A DNA stretch of 64,000 bases from Magnetococcales bacterium (GTDB lineage: Bacteria; Pseudomonadota; Magnetococcia; Magnetococcales; JADFWU01), in the NCBI GenBank assembly GCA_015234045.1, contig JADFWU010000004.1, forward strand, positions 43,045 to 107,044, given 5' to 3'. The notes under the pieces are model-generated. The model did not search any database. It worked only from the letters and a program-made list of their open reading frames with translations, and was not told the DNA's origin. Both the position numbers and the translations under genes were made by a program. This document shows positions 61,285 through 64,000 of this stretch, one piece after another. Within the stretch, counting starts at the first letter, position 1; each line of letters starts with the position of its first letter.

Positions 61285-62487
61285 ATGGCTCTGCTGTCCA
61301 AGCGCGTTCAATCGGTTAAACCGTCAGCCACTCTTGTGGTCGCGGCAAAAGCCAAGGAGTTGCGTGCCGCGGGTCGTGATGTCATCAGTCTGGCCGCTGG
61401 CGAACCGGATTTCGACACACCGGATCATATCAAAGAAGCTGCGATCCAAGCCATCAACGATGGCTTTACCAAATATACCGCTGTGCCGGGTATCGTGGAA
61501 TTGCGTGAAGCAATTGCCCAAAAGTTCAAGACGGATAATGGTCTGACTTATGGTATTGATCAGATTTCTGTCAGCACCGGTGGCAAGCAAGCCCTCTATA
61601 ATATTGCTCAGGCGACTTTGAACAAAGGCGATGAGGTTATCATTCCCGCACCGTATTGGGTCTCCTATCCTGATATGGTTCTGCTGGCTCAGGGTGTACC
61701 TGTCTGCGTGACCACCAAGGAAAAAGAGGGGTTTAAGCTCTCCGCTAAAACGCTGAAAAAGAACTTGACCAAAAAAACGCGCTGGGTCGTGATCAATTCA
61801 CCGTCCAATCCGACTGGTGAAGCCTATACGCCTGAAGAGTATAAGGCGTTGGCTGAGGTGTTGAAAGCCTACCCAAACGTTGGTGTCATCTGTGATGATA
61901 TCTATGAAAAACTGGTCTATGATGGTGTCGAAGCACCGACTTTTGCACAGATTGTTCCTGAAATGCAAGAGCGTTGTGTGATCGTCAATGGTGTGTCTAA
62001 AGCCTACTCCATGACCGGTTGGCGTATCGGTTATGCAGCTGGTCCCAAAGAGATTATCAAGGCGATGAACACCATTCAGTCTCAGTCCACCTCCGGTGCA
62101 ACCTCTATTGCCCAAAAAGCGGCGCTGGCTGCGTTAACGGGTTCGCAAGAGTGTCTGAAACCGATGGTAGAGGCTTTCACCGAGCGGCGTAACTTCGTGG
62201 TAGACAGCCTGAATGCCATTGACGGCCTCTCCTGCCGCCGTCCACCGGGCGCGTTCTATATCTACGTCAATATCGGTCAACTGATTGGCAAAAAAACGCC
62301 TGCCGGTGATACCCTTGGCACCAGTATTGACTATTGCTCCTACCTGCTGGAAACCCAAGAGGTTGCAGCGGTTCCAGGTGTTGCGTTTGGTCTTGATCCC
62401 TACTTCCGCATCTCTTTTCCGACCTCTATGGAGAATCTGCAAAAAGCGGTTGATCGGATTCGTGCCAGCGTTGAAGCACTGAGCTAA
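61285..62487 (+). CDS. aspartate/aromatic-type PLP-dependent aminotransferase (class I)
   Basis: 400 aa. AAGEPDFDTP, NSPSNPTG, GVSKAYSMTGWRIGY and FRISF blocks are present. AGGAG RBS upstream. Confidence 0.92.
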   Translation: MALLSKRVQSVKPSATLVVAAKAKELRAAGRDVISLAAGEPDFDTPDHIKEAAIQAINDGFTKYTAVPGIVELREAIAQKFKTDNGLTYGIDQISVSTGGKQALYNIAQATLNKGDEVIIPAPYWVSYPDMVLLAQGVPVCVTTKEKEGFKLSAKTLKKNLTKKTRWVVINSPSNPTGEAYTPEEYKALAEVLKAYPNVGVICDDIYEKLVYDGVEAPTFAQIVPEMQERCVIVNGVSKAYSMTGWRIGYAAGPKEIIKAMNTIQSQSTSGATSIAQKAALAALTGSQECLKPMVEAFTERRNFVVDSLNAIDGLSCRRPPGAFYIYVNIGQLIGKKTPAGDTLGTSIDYCSYLLETQEVAAVPGVAFGLDPYFRISFPTSMENLQKAVDRIRASVEALS

Positions 62488-62569
62488 ACGCAATTTTCCC
62501 TGATTAAGGGTCGCGAAAAAAAATAAATTATTTTTTCCGCGCCCCTAAGTCAGTCAAAGTTCAAAAAAA

Positions 62570-62606
62570 GAGCCACATTCATACGAATGTGGCTCTTTTT
62601 GTTTTT
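62570..62606 (+). terminator. rho-independent terminator after the aminotransferase gene
   Basis: GAGCCACATTC (62570-62580) pairs with GAATGTGGCTC (62585-62595) around loop ATAC, followed by TTTTTGTTTTT. An upstream A-run makes it potentially bidirectional. Confidence 0.8.
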
Positions 62607-62805
62607 CAATAGGTTACAAATATATTCTCAAAAAAAAATCGCTGTGCTGAATTTTTTTTGAACCATTTTCCGATTGAAACGCACTAACAGTAGCAAATGG
62701 CAATATTAGAAAATCATAATATTCTAATATCATGCACAGGATGTTTATAGCTCAACAAATTTCTGGAAATCGAACGCCAGTGAACCAACATTTTGGAGAA
62801 CGACC

Positions 62806-63171
62806 ATGACTATCAAAACAACCGCTACTGCTTTGTTGATGACCGCGTTTCTCGCTACTGCGCCTGCTCACAGCACCGAGAGCCAAACCAACTATCAAGA
62901 CTCTGTCAATCAAATCGTTGTTCTGCATCTTGATGCATTGAAACAGCTAACCAAGCACACCAGCCCCTACTCTGATAATGTCGTTCGACACGCGATTGCT
63001 CTTGAGCAAACCGCTGGACTCTTGGATGATCAGGCGTTAGAAGGTACAGTACTCGGCAGCCGTAAACAGGTTAAAGATCTTCTCAAAGCAGCGCGTGACT
63101 GGATGAAACATGGCAATCGTGCCAAACTGATCACAACTTTGAATGCGTTGGATTTCAACAGCAATCAGTAA
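62806..63171 (+). CDS. secreted four-helix-bundle-like protein, a paralogue of the downstream cytochrome c-prime-like gene that lacks the CxxCH haem site
   Basis: 121 aa with signal peptide (LMTAFLATAPAHS). It shares the block YSDNVVRHAIALEQTAGLLDD with the next gene (YSDNVVRHAAAIRQTSGLLDH). There is no Cys anywhere in the mature part. Confidence 0.6.
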   Translation: MTIKTTATALLMTAFLATAPAHSTESQTNYQDSVNQIVVLHLDALKQLTKHTSPYSDNVVRHAIALEQTAGLLDDQALEGTVLGSRKQVKDLLKAARDWMKHGNRAKLITTLNALDFNSNQ

Positions 63172-63203
63172 CAGCACTCTATTTTGCATTAGGAGACTCA
63201 GTT

Positions 63204-63665
63204 ATGAAACATGGTCTGAAAATTTTAGCGGCAGTGGGCATTCTTGCATTCAGCACCGTATCAGTAGCCCACTCTGAAACGAATGGCGAGCTTGATTATC
63301 TGCGCTCGGTTATGAACATTTTCCGTCTGCATATTCACGCCATTGAACAGACGATTGAACCCGGTTCGAGCTACTCTGACAACGTTGTTCGCCATGCTGC
63401 CGCCATTCGTCAGACATCTGGGCTTTTGGACCATGCCTACCCAGGCAAGGATTCAAAGGTCAATAGTAGAGGCCATGAATGGCCGTGGGAAGATGAAGAA
63501 GCCTTTCGGGAACGTGTTTCAGTGAGTCAAGATTCAGCTAAAGAGTTGGTTTCAGCGGCTAAAAAGTGGAATGCCAATCACGACACACCTAATTTGCTCG
63601 ATGCCATTGAAGGTGTCAAACAAGGGTGCCGCAATTGTCATGGTGATCTTCGCAACTGGCCTTGA
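63204..63665 (+). CDS. class II c-type cytochrome (cytochrome c-prime / c-556-like)
   Basis: 153 aa with signal peptide (ILAFSTVSVAHS). A single CxxCH (CRNCH) lies about 10 residues from the C-terminus, the hallmark of class II cytochromes c. AGGAG RBS upstream. Confidence 0.72.
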   Translation: MKHGLKILAAVGILAFSTVSVAHSETNGELDYLRSVMNIFRLHIHAIEQTIEPGSSYSDNVVRHAAAIRQTSGLLDHAYPGKDSKVNSRGHEWPWEDEEAFRERVSVSQDSAKELVSAAKKWNANHDTPNLLDAIEGVKQGCRNCHGDLRNWP

Positions 63666-63790
63666 TTATTTTGGGATAGAAATGACACGGGTGTAATTTT
63701 TCTCTAATGGTTCTCACAAACCCTCCGATAAGATAATTAACCCCGTTGTTACATTCTCCCCGAATGAACAGCACTCAAGGGCAGTAATTT

Positions 63791-63818
63791 GGGGGAGGCT
63801 TGCCTCCCCATTTTTTTT
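63791..63818 (+). terminator. rho-independent terminator after the cytochrome gene pair
   Basis: GGGGAGGC pairs with GCCTCCCC, followed by A and T8 (63811-63818). Confidence 0.8.
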
Positions 63819-63830
63819 GGTAATTTTAAG

Positions 63831-64000
63831 ATGATGCCCTTACGCACCATTGCCCTGTTAGGCCGAGAGCCTGGTTTTTTAGTTCTTAAGGATACCCTGA
63901 TCGACAATCCCAATATTGATCTAAAAGGTGTCTTCTCTCACGCACGCCTGCCCAAATCTGAAGGCAATGGCCCCAGAGGCGATTTTTCCCAATTTCAAAC
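63831..64000 (+). CDS. 5' end of an unidentified CDS running off the window
   Basis: The frame is open from ATG 63831 to the window end (MMPLRTIALLGREPGFLVLKDTLIDNPNIDLKGVFSHARLPKSEG...). It is too short to assign. Confidence 0.35.
   Translation, partial: MMPLRTIALLGREPGFLVLKDTLIDNPNIDLKGVFSHARLPKSEGNGPRGDFSQFQ

Overview
This 64 kb window looks like proteobacterial chromosome. The taxon cannot be fixed from this window; the gene content suggests a marine, motile, chemolithoautotroph-like proteobacterium. Most of it is ordinary core and housekeeping coding sequence: class II fructose-bisphosphate aldolase, accA, dnaE, tRNA-Leu(GAG), murI, a thioredoxin-TPR protein, nupC, fliD, glnA, an ABC-2/GldG/DUF4340 operon, a DUF47-Pit phosphate pair, pseB, moeA, uvrB, two aminotransferases, several c-di-GMP, chemotaxis and two-component proteins, and a cytochrome c-prime pair. 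No rRNA, CRISPR array or prophage was seen. Two visibly AT-richer accessory loci stand out. (1) An island at about 7.6-14.3 kb between murI and the thioredoxin gene. It carries a translationally coupled three-gene cassette (HNH nuclease, 75-aa small protein, coiled-coil ABC/SMC-like ATPase) that matches the computationally proposed ABC-three-component (ABC-3C) conflict-system architecture. It also carries a complete IS4-family insertion sequence with perfect 21-bp terminal inverted repeats, a lipoprotein, a secreted SNase-like nuclease and a VapC/Phd toxin-antitoxin pair. (2) A single 5 kb gene (18365..23380, minus strand) encoding a 1671-aa protein. It has an unrecognised N-terminal domain, a complete UvrD-like SF1 helicase core, a long helical-repeat region and an acidic low-complexity tail. 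The gene is bracketed by long AT-rich non-coding DNA, a strong terminator and a long upstream hairpin, which makes it a candidate stand-alone defence or conflict gene. Smaller observations: an in-frame 12-bp x5 tandem repeat in an Rpn-family nuclease gene; orphan fliD and pseB genes; a structured GC-rich element in a 900-bp AT-rich intergenic region; Pho-box-like repeats upstream of the Pit operon; a REP/MITE-like palindromic element; and a haem-less paralogue next to a cytochrome c-prime gene. All functional calls rest on motif and family recognition by eye from the translations. No database searches were run.
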